Assembly (NCBI GenBank): GCA_021161045.1
Contig: JAGHBJ010000074.1
Location: 1-36,956 of the forward strand
Reading direction: 5' to 3'
DNA length: 36,956 nucleotides
From: Candidatus Bathyarchaeota archaeon
Lineage (GTDB): Archaea > Thermoproteota > Bathyarchaeia > TCS64 > B23
The notes under the pieces are model-generated. The model made no database searches. It saw only the letters and a list, made by a program, of their open reading frames with translations, and was not told the DNA's origin. Of this stretch, positions 1 through 7,892 are shown in pieces. Numbering within the stretch: position 1 is the stretch's first letter; each line of letters begins with the position of its first letter. The position numbers and the translations under genes are program-made.

Positions 1-226
1 GGGGGTAGCGCTCCTCGACGAATCTCAAACCCCCATCGGCATAGAACTTATAGAATCTCCCCCGAGGCCCAATCCTAATGGCCCTCGGCTCCTCTGACCT
101 GTAGATGTGTTCAGATGCGTACTCTAGGTCGCAGAAGTAGGCGTCCTCAGGGTGATCATAGCCGTAGACCCTGAAGATTAGGCCCTCATCCGTCACCGGT
201 GCGTCTCTATCCCTGAGCCTCATCAT
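1..226 (-). CDS. 5' part of a predicted archaeal nucleotidyltransferase-fold protein (COG1665-like); runs off the window edge
   Basis: Not in the ORF track. Manual translation from ATG at 226 gives MMRLRDRDAPVTDEGLIFRVYGYDHPEDAYFCDLEY..., matching the RxRD...GLIFxVxGYxHP N-terminus of this family. The start overlaps the upstream deaminase stop (ATGA). Confidence 0.7.
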   Translation of the reverse strand, partial: MMRLRDRDAPVTDEGLIFRVYGYDHPEDAYFCDLEYASEHIYRSEEPRAIRIGPRGRFYKFYADGGLRFVEERYP

Positions 227-759
227 CTCTTACAGCCACTGTAATTCTTATCCCCTCTCCCCAGCCGCCCTGAGCGGGCATCCTCCAGAGCCTTCAGATA
301 CCAGTTGGTGTCTTCCTCCACCCATTTCTTAACGTCGAATCTCAGCGGTTTGCCGTCCTCGTCGAGAATTATGACCTCCTCTATACCGGCGTTTATGATG
401 GCCCTACGGCATCTCCGGCAGGGTATCGCCTTCGTATAGTTTCCCTCCGCGTCGTAGCCGGCGATGTAGAGTTTAGCCCCTATGCGATCCTCCCTATTTG
501 AGTTGATTATGGCGTTCTCCTCCGCATGAACCGCTGGACATAGGTCGTAGGCCTCCCCTGAGGGGAGGTTCAGCTCATCCTTTATACAGCCGACCTCGAA
601 GCAGTTGATAACCCCCTTCGCGGGGCCGTTATACCCCGTGCCGACGATGGTGTCCCCCTTAACGATGACCGCTCCAAATTTACGTCGGAGACAGGTAGAC
701 CTGGCGGCGACGGCGAGGGCGATCCTGAGGAAATACATCGTCTTATCGGGGCGCTCCAA
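223..759 (-). CDS. dCMP deaminase / ComEB-type Zn-dependent cytidylate deaminase
   Basis: RSTC..R.FGAVIV, GYNG, HAEENAI and PCRRC zinc-deaminase motifs. Confidence 0.9.
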   Translation of the reverse strand: MERPDKTMYFLRIALAVAARSTCLRRKFGAVIVKGDTIVGTGYNGPAKGVINCFEVGCIKDELNLPSGEAYDLCPAVHAEENAIINSNREDRIGAKLYIAGYDAEGNYTKAIPCRRCRRAIINAGIEEVIILDEDGKPLRFDVKKWVEEDTNWYLKALEDARSGRLGRGDKNYSGCKR

Positions 760-813
760 ACCTAAGCCTCAAGTGATCTCCCCTGTCAACTTTAAAAAGG
801 CTTAGAGAACGCT

Positions 814-1668
814 TCAAGTAGGTAGGAGAGGCTTCGCATTCTCTCCAAGTATGGCTTCGAGTTCTTTGATGGGTATCTCAAGCTCTGGGTTGACGGCGTA
901 TTGATTGATGGATAGGAGCATCTCGACATATTCGGCCTGCTTTATCCCTGGGTAGTCTGTGCCGAAGACTATGTGATCTAGGACTCCAAGGTTCAAGGCT
1001 TTCAAAAGGTCTCTCCATAGGAAGTATCGGTAGCTTGGATGCCTTATGTCGCCGTAGATCCAGCTTATGTCGAGCCAGATGTTCCCATGCTTCCTGGCGA
1101 GGTAGAGGGTTTCATCGACCCTTGGATAGCCTAGGTGGGCGAGGATTATCCTCAGCCTTGGAAAGCAGGCGGCCACCACATCGATCTGCTCTGGATCAGT
1201 ATGCCTCAAAAGGGCCTGTGGCTCCGGCATCCCAGCGTGGTGGAACATAACCGGCATCTCCATCTCCTGAGCCATCTCATAAACCCTGAAGGCCTTTGGA
1301 TCATCAGCCCTATATCCATCGAGGGTTGGATAGAGCTTCAAGCCATACAGGCCGAGCTCCTCTCGCTGCCTCATCACCTCCTCTGGAGCCTCAGGCCTCA
1401 AGGGGTTGACGTATCCGAAGCCTATTAGGCGATCTGGGGCGGCTGAGATGAACTGGGAGACGGCCTCAGGCGGTGTTCGGCGGTCTGATAGTATGACGGC
1501 CATATCGAAGCCTGCGGCGTCGAGGTCTGAGAGGAGCTCCTCCCTTGAGATCCTCACTATCCTAGGATGTCTTGGGTCTGTATATTCGACGATGGAGATG
1601 TGGCAGTGTATATCGATCTTCAATCCTTCCCTCGGCCTCTCAGCCTTCATCACGGCTTGGATCGCCAT
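814..1668 (-). CDS. metal-dependent amidohydrolase (Amidohydro_2 TIM barrel)
   Basis: DIHCH, GLKLYP, MFHH, ILAHLG and FGTDYP motifs. Confidence 0.88.
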   Translation of the reverse strand: MAIQAVMKAERPREGLKIDIHCHISIVEYTDPRHPRIVRISREELLSDLDAAGFDMAVILSDRRTPPEAVSQFISAAPDRLIGFGYVNPLRPEAPEEVMRQREELGLYGLKLYPTLDGYRADDPKAFRVYEMAQEMEMPVMFHHAGMPEPQALLRHTDPEQIDVVAACFPRLRIILAHLGYPRVDETLYLARKHGNIWLDISWIYGDIRHPSYRYFLWRDLLKALNLGVLDHIVFGTDYPGIKQAEYVEMLLSINQYAVNPELEIPIKELEAILGENAKPLLPT

Positions 1669-1680
1669 GATGGTTCACCG

Positions 1681-2436
1681 TTAGAAGATGATGGAGAGGC
1701 AGGTTAGGGCGCCTTCGCATTTCGTGAATTCGCTGACGTCTAGGGTGATGACATCGAATCCGGCTTCCCTCACCATCTCAACGGCTCTGGGATACCCCTC
1801 AGGCATGAGGACGACGTCGCCTATGGAGAGCGTGTTGGCGGCATACCACTCCTCATCTGGGACTATGAGCTTCTCAAAGGGTTTGAGGACGGGGTGATCG
1901 GCGTATTTCCTCGTCGTGATCATGATTCCTCTGCCGAGGTAGGTGATGTAGCTCTTCAAGTGGACGATGCTTGGATCCTCTATGGTCTCCACGGGGACGT
2001 TCAGCCACTCCCTCATCTGGGCTACTCCCTCAGCGTTAGTCCTCTCCGTCAACCCCGAGATCAACCTATCCGGTAGATGTATGACATCGCCTCCCTCTAT
2101 GGTGGCCGGCGGCTCAGCCCGTTTCACAGGCATATACTGCCTCAGAACCTCCTCCACAGCCGTCTCCTCCCCCCTCCTGCTGGGCTTAGCCATCCTGCAG
2201 ATGAGGGCTCGGCCGCCGTGGACGACGGCGTTATCCTCAACGAAGCAGGAGTCCGGATGCTCATCGTCCCTCGGCAGCCTGATGATCTCTAAGCCCAACT
2301 CCTCCAATACCCTACAATACTTGGCATGCTGCTTCCTCGCCCTCTCCACGTTGATGGTATGCCTCAATGGATGCGATGATATGCATCTTGGATAGGTGGC
2401 TCCAGGCTCCCTAACCAGCGCCCTCTTGGGAGTCAT
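1681..2436 (-). CDS. N(G),N(G)-dimethylarginine dimethylaminohydrolase-like protein (amidinotransferase superfamily)
   Basis: PDSCFVEDNAV, SRRGE, IEGGDV, HLKS and C-terminal GALTCLS catalytic Cys; 251 aa is typical of DDAH. Confidence 0.88.
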   Translation of the reverse strand: MTPKRALVREPGATYPRCISSHPLRHTINVERARKQHAKYCRVLEELGLEIIRLPRDDEHPDSCFVEDNAVVHGGRALICRMAKPSRRGEETAVEEVLRQYMPVKRAEPPATIEGGDVIHLPDRLISGLTERTNAEGVAQMREWLNVPVETIEDPSIVHLKSYITYLGRGIMITTRKYADHPVLKPFEKLIVPDEEWYAANTLSIGDVVLMPEGYPRAVEMVREAGFDVITLDVSEFTKCEGALTCLSIIF

Positions 2437-2458
2437 GTTGAATCCTACTCATCAATAT

Positions 2459-2473
2459 GATAAAGGATTTATC
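2459..2473. promoter_or_regulatory. back-to-back TATA-like elements of the divergent DDAH-like / ADI-like promoters
   Basis: GATAAA-GGA-TTTATC inverted repeat gives TTTATC on each strand about 23-28 nt before each start codon. Confidence 0.55.
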
Positions 2474-2490
2474 TCCAGAACTCTTTTCAA

Positions 2491-3429
2491 ATGGGAGCTG
2501 AGATGGAGTTCGGCGCACAATCAGAGTATGGAAGGTTGAGGAAGGTCTTGATGCATAAGCCCTCGGAGCATCTGAGGAGGGTGACACCTCAGACGAAGGA
2601 TCACTACCTCTTCAGAGACATCGTCTATTGGAGGGAGTTCGTCAGGGAGCATGAAGCCTTCGTAGAGGCCCTCAGAGGCGAGGGGGTGGAGGTCTATCTG
2701 CTGGGGGAACTACTCGAAGAGGAGGATAGACGCATAGCGGAGCTGATGCCAGACCTCGTCTACACGAGGGACATCTGCAGCGTCACAAATCTCGGAGCCA
2801 TAAGGATGAGGATGCGACATCAGGCCAGATACGCTGAACCCCTCCTGGCCGAGAGGGCGATGAAGAGGCTGGGCATACCCATCGCGCTGAGAGTTAGGCA
2901 TCCAGCCTACCTGGAGGGTGGAGACCTCGTCTACCTCGACCCCGAGACACTGCTCATCGGCTTCGGCCCGAGGTCAGATGAGGGAGGAGTCGAGGCGGTG
3001 AGGGAATTGCTGCTTGGCAAAGCCGTAAAGGAGCTGGTGGCCGTCACCCTACCAAGCTTCAGGGTTCACCTCGATGGAGCCTTGATGATCCTCAGCCGAG
3101 ACCTAGCGGTAATCCATAAACCCTCCCTGGAGCTATACCCAGCCTGGATCTACAGGGGGGACGGGGAAGTGGAGCTGGCCTTCATCGAGGACTACCTTAA
3201 GGAGAGGGGCCTCGACATCATCTACGTCGACGATTGGGAAGTTCGAAACTTCGGCACCAACATCCTCGGCATAGGCGACGGGAAATACGTCACCTACGAG
3301 TGGAATGAGCGGGTTAAGAAGCTGCTAGAGGAGAGAGGGTTCGACGTCATCGGCATCCCAGGATGCCAGCTCAGCCTCGGCGGAGGCGGCCCTCACTGCA
3401 TGACCTGCCCCATACTCCGAGTGCCTTAA
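2491..3429 (+). CDS. arginine deiminase-family protein (short form, amidinotransferase superfamily)
   Basis: SEYGRLRKVLMHKP N-terminus, YTRD, LEGGD, HLD and GGGGPHCMTCP; 312 aa, shorter than canonical ~410-aa ArcA. Confidence 0.85.
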   Translation: MGAEMEFGAQSEYGRLRKVLMHKPSEHLRRVTPQTKDHYLFRDIVYWREFVREHEAFVEALRGEGVEVYLLGELLEEEDRRIAELMPDLVYTRDICSVTNLGAIRMRMRHQARYAEPLLAERAMKRLGIPIALRVRHPAYLEGGDLVYLDPETLLIGFGPRSDEGGVEAVRELLLGKAVKELVAVTLPSFRVHLDGALMILSRDLAVIHKPSLELYPAWIYRGDGEVELAFIEDYLKERGLDIIYVDDWEVRNFGTNILGIGDGKYVTYEWNERVKKLLEERGFDVIGIPGCQLSLGGGGPHCMTCPILRVP

Positions 3430-3443
3430 TGTCCTAAATATAA

Positions 3444-3476
3444 CAAAATTTATCTCTCTTTGCACCAATTAGTGCA
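3444..3476 (+). promoter_or_regulatory. BRE/TATA-like element plus palindromic candidate operator upstream of the ArcE-like gene
   Basis: CAAAATTTATC followed by TGCACCAATTAGTGCA (3461-3476, 14/16 self-complementary) ending on the A of the ATG. Confidence 0.45.
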
Positions 3477-4807
3477 TGATGGCTCGGAGAGTCGTCATCC
3501 TAGGAGCGGCCGGTAGGGATTTCCATAACTTCAACGTATACTTCAGGGACAACCCCCAATACGAGGTTGTGGCCTTCACGGCGGCTCAGCTTCCAAACAT
3601 CGCCGGTCGAATCTATCCGCCGGAGCTGGCTGGTGAGCGATACCCTGATGGGATACCGATACTCCCCGAGGAGGAGCTCCCAAGGCTGATAGGGGAGGAG
3701 AGTGTCGAGCTGGCGGTTCTCTCCTACAGCGACCTCCTCTACGAAGATGTGATGAAAAAGGCCTCAGAGATTCTGGCGCTGGGAGCCGACTTCATGCTCC
3801 TAGGCCCAGGTTCGACGATGCTGAAGTCTAAGCGTCCGGTGATCTCCATCTGCGCCGTCAGAACCGGAGCGGGGAAGAGCACCGTCACCAGGAGGGTTCT
3901 GCGCATACTGCTGTCAAAGGGCCTAAAGCCCGTCGCCATCAGACATCCCATGCCCTATGGAGACTTGGCCAAGCAGGCTGTTCAACGATTCGGAGATTTC
4001 GAGGATCTCGACCGCTATGAGTGCACCATCGAGGAGAGAGAGGAGTATGAACCCATCATAAGGCTGGGAGTCCCCCTCTACGCAGGCGTCGACTATGAGG
4101 GCATCATCAAAAAGGCTGAGGAGGAGGGAGACCTAATCGTCTGGGATGGAGGAAACAACGATCTACCCTTCTACAGGCCGGATCTCCACATCGTCGTGGC
4201 AGACCCCCTGAGGCCTGGACATGAATTGAAGTCCTATCCAGGGACGGCGAATGCGATGATGGCCGACGTCTTCATAGTGAACAAGGTGAACGTCGCAGAC
4301 AGGGAGTCGATTGAAACCGTCAAGGAGAATCTGAGAAAGCTGAATCCGGAGGCACCCATCATCGAGGCAGAATCCATCATCTCGGTTGATAGACCTGAAC
4401 TAATAGAGGGTAAACGCGTCCTCGTCGTCGAGGATGGGCCTACGGTCACCCATGGAGGCCTCGGCTACGCAGCTGGATACGTCGCGGCGAGGGAGTTTGG
4501 GGCCGCTGAGATCGTCGACCCCCGACCCCACGCCGTCGGCTCCCTGAAGGCCGTCTATGAGGAGTATCCCCAGCTTAGGGAGGTATTACCCTCCATGGGC
4601 TATGGCCGTGAGCAGATGAGGGAGCTTGAGGCCTCAATCAACGCCGTTGACTGCGACGCCGTCGTCCTCGGAACTCCCAGCCACCTGGAGAGATTCCTGA
4701 AGCTGAACAAACCCGTCGTCCACGTCTCCTTCGAGCTGAGGGAGACAACAAAGCCGGATCTCGAGGAGATCGTCAGCCGCTTCCTCTCTGAGAGGGGCTT
4801 AATCTAA
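3476..4807 (+). CDS. arcE: arginine synthetase (ArcE)-type P-loop enzyme; COG2403, often annotated as cyclic 2,3-diphosphoglycerate synthetase or GTPase
   Basis: N-terminal GAAGRDFHNFN, AVRTGAGKS P-loop, RHPMPYGDL, EEREEYE, WDGGNND, EDGPT and PSMGY; lacks the DGEHYP start of true CpgS. Confidence 0.75.
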   Translation: MMARRVVILGAAGRDFHNFNVYFRDNPQYEVVAFTAAQLPNIAGRIYPPELAGERYPDGIPILPEEELPRLIGEESVELAVLSYSDLLYEDVMKKASEILALGADFMLLGPGSTMLKSKRPVISICAVRTGAGKSTVTRRVLRILLSKGLKPVAIRHPMPYGDLAKQAVQRFGDFEDLDRYECTIEEREEYEPIIRLGVPLYAGVDYEGIIKKAEEEGDLIVWDGGNNDLPFYRPDLHIVVADPLRPGHELKSYPGTANAMMADVFIVNKVNVADRESIETVKENLRKLNPEAPIIEAESIISVDRPELIEGKRVLVVEDGPTVTHGGLGYAAGYVAAREFGAAEIVDPRPHAVGSLKAVYEEYPQLREVLPSMGYGREQMRELEASINAVDCDAVVLGTPSHLERFLKLNKPVVHVSFELRETTKPDLEEIVSRFLSERGLI

Positions 4808-4818
4808 CCTCCTCCTTT

Positions 4819-5640
4819 TTACAGCCTCAGCCCATAGGGCATGAGGACTCCATCGATGTAGACTCCGCCCTCACCGTCGAGGGCTATACGCCCCTCAGCG
4901 ATCATCTGAAGCGTCAATGGATAGATGACCCAGTCCCCATGCCTCTTCAACCTGTTCTGATTCTCCCTCACAACCTTCTCCAGGAGCTCCTTATCCCTCT
5001 TTAGGTCTTCGAGGGTTACGCCTTCGGGGAGTATGACGGGGACGGGCTTAGATCTCACCAGTATCTCGCCGTAATCCACCTTCTCCCTAACCACATGCGT
5101 CGTCGAGTATAGGTATCGCTCACCGGCGAGGATGGCGTCCCTAACGGCGTGGAGGCCTACATATTTGCGTCTGCCACCCTCCATGATGGATAGGTCTGCC
5201 GGATGGACGTTCACGATCCTCCCAGGATACCTATCGAGGAGAGGCTTCGTTATGATGCTCATATACCCAGCTAAGGCGATGACATCAATGTTGTATGGCT
5301 CTATCCTCCTGGCCACCTCCTCATCGTATATGGGCCTAAGCGTCAGATCCCTCTTCGTTTTGCGACCGTGACTCCTATAGAAGTCGAGGATGTCTATACA
5401 CTCATAGGGGACTCCATACTCCTCGGCGATGTCCAAAGCCCTACAACGCTTCTCACCACTTCGATCCAGGCGGTCATCCCTAACATCGGTAAAGATTAGA
5501 ACTACCTCATATCGGGCATCCTCCTCAAGGGAGCGCTCGATGATCTTCCTCGTATTCGTCCCAGAGCCGGACATGAAGCAGGCAACCCTCATGCGACGCC
5601 CGACACTTGGATCGAAGATCGGCGTCACAGCCACTTTCAT
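4819..5640 (-). CDS. purN: formyltransferase, PurN (GAR transformylase)-like with insertions
   Basis: SGSGTN, LAGYMSI, NVHP and HVVREKVDYGEIL motifs; likely start MKVAV at 5640 rather than 5766. Confidence 0.75.
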   Translation of the reverse strand: MKVAVTPIFDPSVGRRMRVACFMSGSGTNTRKIIERSLEEDARYEVVLIFTDVRDDRLDRSGEKRCRALDIAEEYGVPYECIDILDFYRSHGRKTKRDLTLRPIYDEEVARRIEPYNIDVIALAGYMSIITKPLLDRYPGRIVNVHPADLSIMEGGRRKYVGLHAVRDAILAGERYLYSTTHVVREKVDYGEILVRSKPVPVILPEGVTLEDLKRDKELLEKVVRENQNRLKRHGDWVIYPLTLQMIAEGRIALDGEGGVYIDGVLMPYGLRL

Positions 5641-5672
5641 CCATCCCCCATCATAGAGTGAATCCGCATCCC

Positions 5673-5680
5673 TTTTAAAA
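5673..5680. promoter_or_regulatory. palindromic TATA box TTTTAAAA between divergent genes
   Basis: Lies about 25-40 nt from both the 5640(-) and 5705(+) starts. Confidence 0.5.
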
Positions 5681-5704
5681 GAGGGGGAGACGCCCAAATT
5701 AGGG

Positions 5705-5830
5705 TTGAAAGGCGACAGCCTCGATATACTCGTCGTCTGTAAGAGATGTGGACATCTAGTCCCCAAGACTCAGCTCTGCATCTACTGTGGAGCTCCAATA
5801 CTCTATAGGCCTCCAAGGGGTAGGAGCTGA
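5705..5830 (+). CDS. 41-aa Cys4 zinc-finger micro-protein
   Basis: Manual translation from TTG at 5705: MKGDSLDILVVCKRCGHLVPKTQLCIYCGAPILYRPPRGRS*; two CxxCG knuckles and an upstream TATA box. Confidence 0.75.
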   Translation: MKGDSLDILVVCKRCGHLVPKTQLCIYCGAPILYRPPRGRS

Positions 5831-5868
5831 GCTTATATCATGGTTAGGGGCCATCTATATCGAGGGAG

Positions 5869-6696
5869 TTGAAGGTTTACATATCCATCGATATGGAGGG
5901 TATAAGCAGCATCGTCGACTGGAGTCAGGTTGACCCTAGGAATAAGGAATATGAGCGGTTTAGGAGGCTGATGGTCGGCGACCTGAATGCAGCCATAGAG
6001 GGCGTCCTGGAGGCTGGGGCTGAGGAAGTTGTGGTCGCTGATTCACATGGGCGTATGAGCAACCTCCCACCGGAGGAGGTTCACGAAGCAGCGGTTCTCA
6101 TCAGAGGCTCCCCGAGGCCATGGCTGATGATGGAGGGAATCGACGACGGCTTCGACGCAGCCCTCTACGTCGGCTACCACTCCATGAAGGGAACCGAGCG
6201 GGGAGTCCTCTGCCACACCATCTCAGGCCGTGTCGTCGATGCGGTTTACATCAACGGCGTGGAGATGGGGGAGTTCGGCCTGAACGCGGCCCTAGCGGGA
6301 TGGCATGGAGTCCCCTCCATCTTCATCTCAGGAGATCAAGCCGTCGTCGAGGAGGCTAGGAGACTGGTGCCGAATATCAGGGGCGCAGTCGTCAAATGGG
6401 GTGTCAGCCGATACGCCGCGAGATGTCTACACCCCGCCAAGGCGAGGAGACTGATTAGGGAGAAGGCCTCAGAAGCCCTAAAGGCCCTCGATGAATTCAA
6501 GCCCTTCAAGGTCGAGGAGCCGGTTGAGGTGAGGATGAGATTTGCAACCTCGACGATGGCCGATGTCGCGGCTTTGATACCCTACGCCGAGAGGGTGGAT
6601 GGCAAAACCATCAGGATGGTCTTCGACGACTATCCAACGGCCTTTAGGGGAGTTAGAACCGCTATCGCCGTCGCCTATCCAGTTGAGGAGCGGTGA
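5869..6696 (+). CDS. dppA: M55 family D-aminopeptidase (DppA-like)
   Basis: KVYISIDMEG, DSHG, MMEG, VGYH, HTIS, GEFGLNA and ISGD motifs. Confidence 0.92.
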   Translation: MKVYISIDMEGISSIVDWSQVDPRNKEYERFRRLMVGDLNAAIEGVLEAGAEEVVVADSHGRMSNLPPEEVHEAAVLIRGSPRPWLMMEGIDDGFDAALYVGYHSMKGTERGVLCHTISGRVVDAVYINGVEMGEFGLNAALAGWHGVPSIFISGDQAVVEEARRLVPNIRGAVVKWGVSRYAARCLHPAKARRLIREKASEALKALDEFKPFKVEEPVEVRMRFATSTMADVAALIPYAERVDGKTIRMVFDDYPTAFRGVRTAIAVAYPVEER

Positions 6697-6718
6697 AGAC
6701 TCCCTGGGGAACGGTGAG

Positions 6719-7228
6719 ATGAGGGGAAGGAGACTCGCCCCCATCATCGCCGCCATAGTGATCGCGGTGGCAGCCCTCTACATCCTCGCCAGGCCTAGGG
6801 CTGAACATGTAGAGGAGGGGGTCTACATCGGCATGAAGGCTCCAGACTTCACCGTCGTCGGCGTAGATGGCTCCACCTTCACGCTCTCGAAGCATAGAGG
6901 CGAGATCGTCGTCATCGAATTCTCCACGATGTGGTGTCCCTACTGCGCGAAGCAGATAGAGGTTTTCAGAAGGCTGTCGGAGGAGTTCAAGGAGGGGGTC
7001 TACATCGCCTCCATAGACGTCGACCCCTCAGAGGAGCCTAGTGGGGATTGGGTTAGGAATATGGGTATAAGCTGGTTTTATGGACACTCACCCGAGGCCG
7101 GTCTCCTCTATAAGGTCTCCTATGTCCCTATGGTCATCGTCGTCGATGAGAGGGGCATCATTAGATATCGAGGCGCCTACACCCCCTATGAGAAGTTGAA
7201 GCTCATCATCCTCCAGCTGAGTGAGTGA
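6719..7228 (+). CDS. membrane-anchored TlpA/ResA-type thiol-disulfide oxidoreductase
   Basis: Start MRGRRLAPII (6719) with an N-terminal hydrophobic anchor, APDF, WCPYC and cis-Pro VP motif. Confidence 0.85.
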   Translation: MRGRRLAPIIAAIVIAVAALYILARPRAEHVEEGVYIGMKAPDFTVVGVDGSTFTLSKHRGEIVVIEFSTMWCPYCAKQIEVFRRLSEEFKEGVYIASIDVDPSEEPSGDWVRNMGISWFYGHSPEAGLLYKVSYVPMVIVVDERGIIRYRGAYTPYEKLKLIILQLSE

Positions 7229-7892
7229 GATGGAGGCGGCTAGGCTTCTATTGGCCTTCACAGCTGGCGTTCTATCTCCCCTCTCACCCTGCTCCCTGCC
7301 GCTGCTCCCCTCCTACATCGCGTATTATCTCACAGCCGTCGACGCCCATCGGCTTCGAGGTGGACTCACCCTGGCGTTTACAACCCTCCTAGGCTTCCTA
7401 TCCGTCTACACCCTAATTGGATTCGTCCCATCACTCGCCCTTGGATTCATCCCCCTCAGCGAGAGGGTTTTGAACCCTATCTTCGGCGTTATACTAATCC
7501 TATTAGGCCTCATCACCTATCGGAGAGGCGGTCTCACCCTGTCGGGTATGCCGCATCCAGCTCCACCTGAAGCCGGGGGCCTATTATCCTTCTATCTCTT
7601 CGGCGCAATCTATGCGGTGTCCTCCCTCGGCTGCTCCCTCCCCGTCTTCCTCCTACTAGTCTTCACCTCCGCGGGGGCAGACCTCAACGCCGTGGCGCCC
7701 CTCTACGTCTCCTATGCCCTCGGTTGCGCAGCCCTATTCATACCCCTCTCCCTAGCCGTCGCCTACTCCAAAAGCTATCTAATAGAGAGGATTAGGGGTA
7801 TGGGGGGAATCATCTCCAAAGCTACGGCTTACATATTGATGGCCGCTGGAGTATACATGGCTCTCTCACCCCTCCTCTATGGGAGTGTATAG
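7221..7892 (+). CDS. ccdA: CcdA / DsbD-beta transmembrane disulfide interchange protein
   Basis: About 6 TM segments with SPCSLPLLPSY and SLGCSLP Cys motifs; overlaps the upstream TlpA gene. Confidence 0.88.
   Translation: MSEMEAARLLLAFTAGVLSPLSPCSLPLLPSYIAYYLTAVDAHRLRGGLTLAFTTLLGFLSVYTLIGFVPSLALGFIPLSERVLNPIFGVILILLGLITYRRGGLTLSGMPHPAPPEAGGLLSFYLFGAIYAVSSLGCSLPVFLLLVFTSAGADLNAVAPLYVSYALGCAALFIPLSLAVAYSKSYLIERIRGMGGIISKATAYILMAAGVYMALSPLLYGSV

Noticed and set aside
223-1668. Anti-phage dCTP-deaminase defence system
   Set aside because: The deaminase is a short housekeeping ComEB type with no kinase domain, and there is no defence-island or mobile context
3476-4807. Annotation as cyclic 2,3-diphosphoglycerate synthetase
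   Set aside because: It lacks the DGEHYP N-terminus, has no 2-phosphoglycerate kinase neighbour, and the context is arginine-related
5641-5766. 42-aa N-terminal extension of the PurN-like ORF in the track
   Set aside because: It spans a TATA box and overlaps the antisense zinc-finger gene; ATG at 5640 with a purine-rich upstream sequence fits better
6599-6718. N-terminal extension of the TlpA ORF
   Set aside because: It overlaps the M55 peptidase by about 100 nt; the membrane anchor begins at ATG 6719
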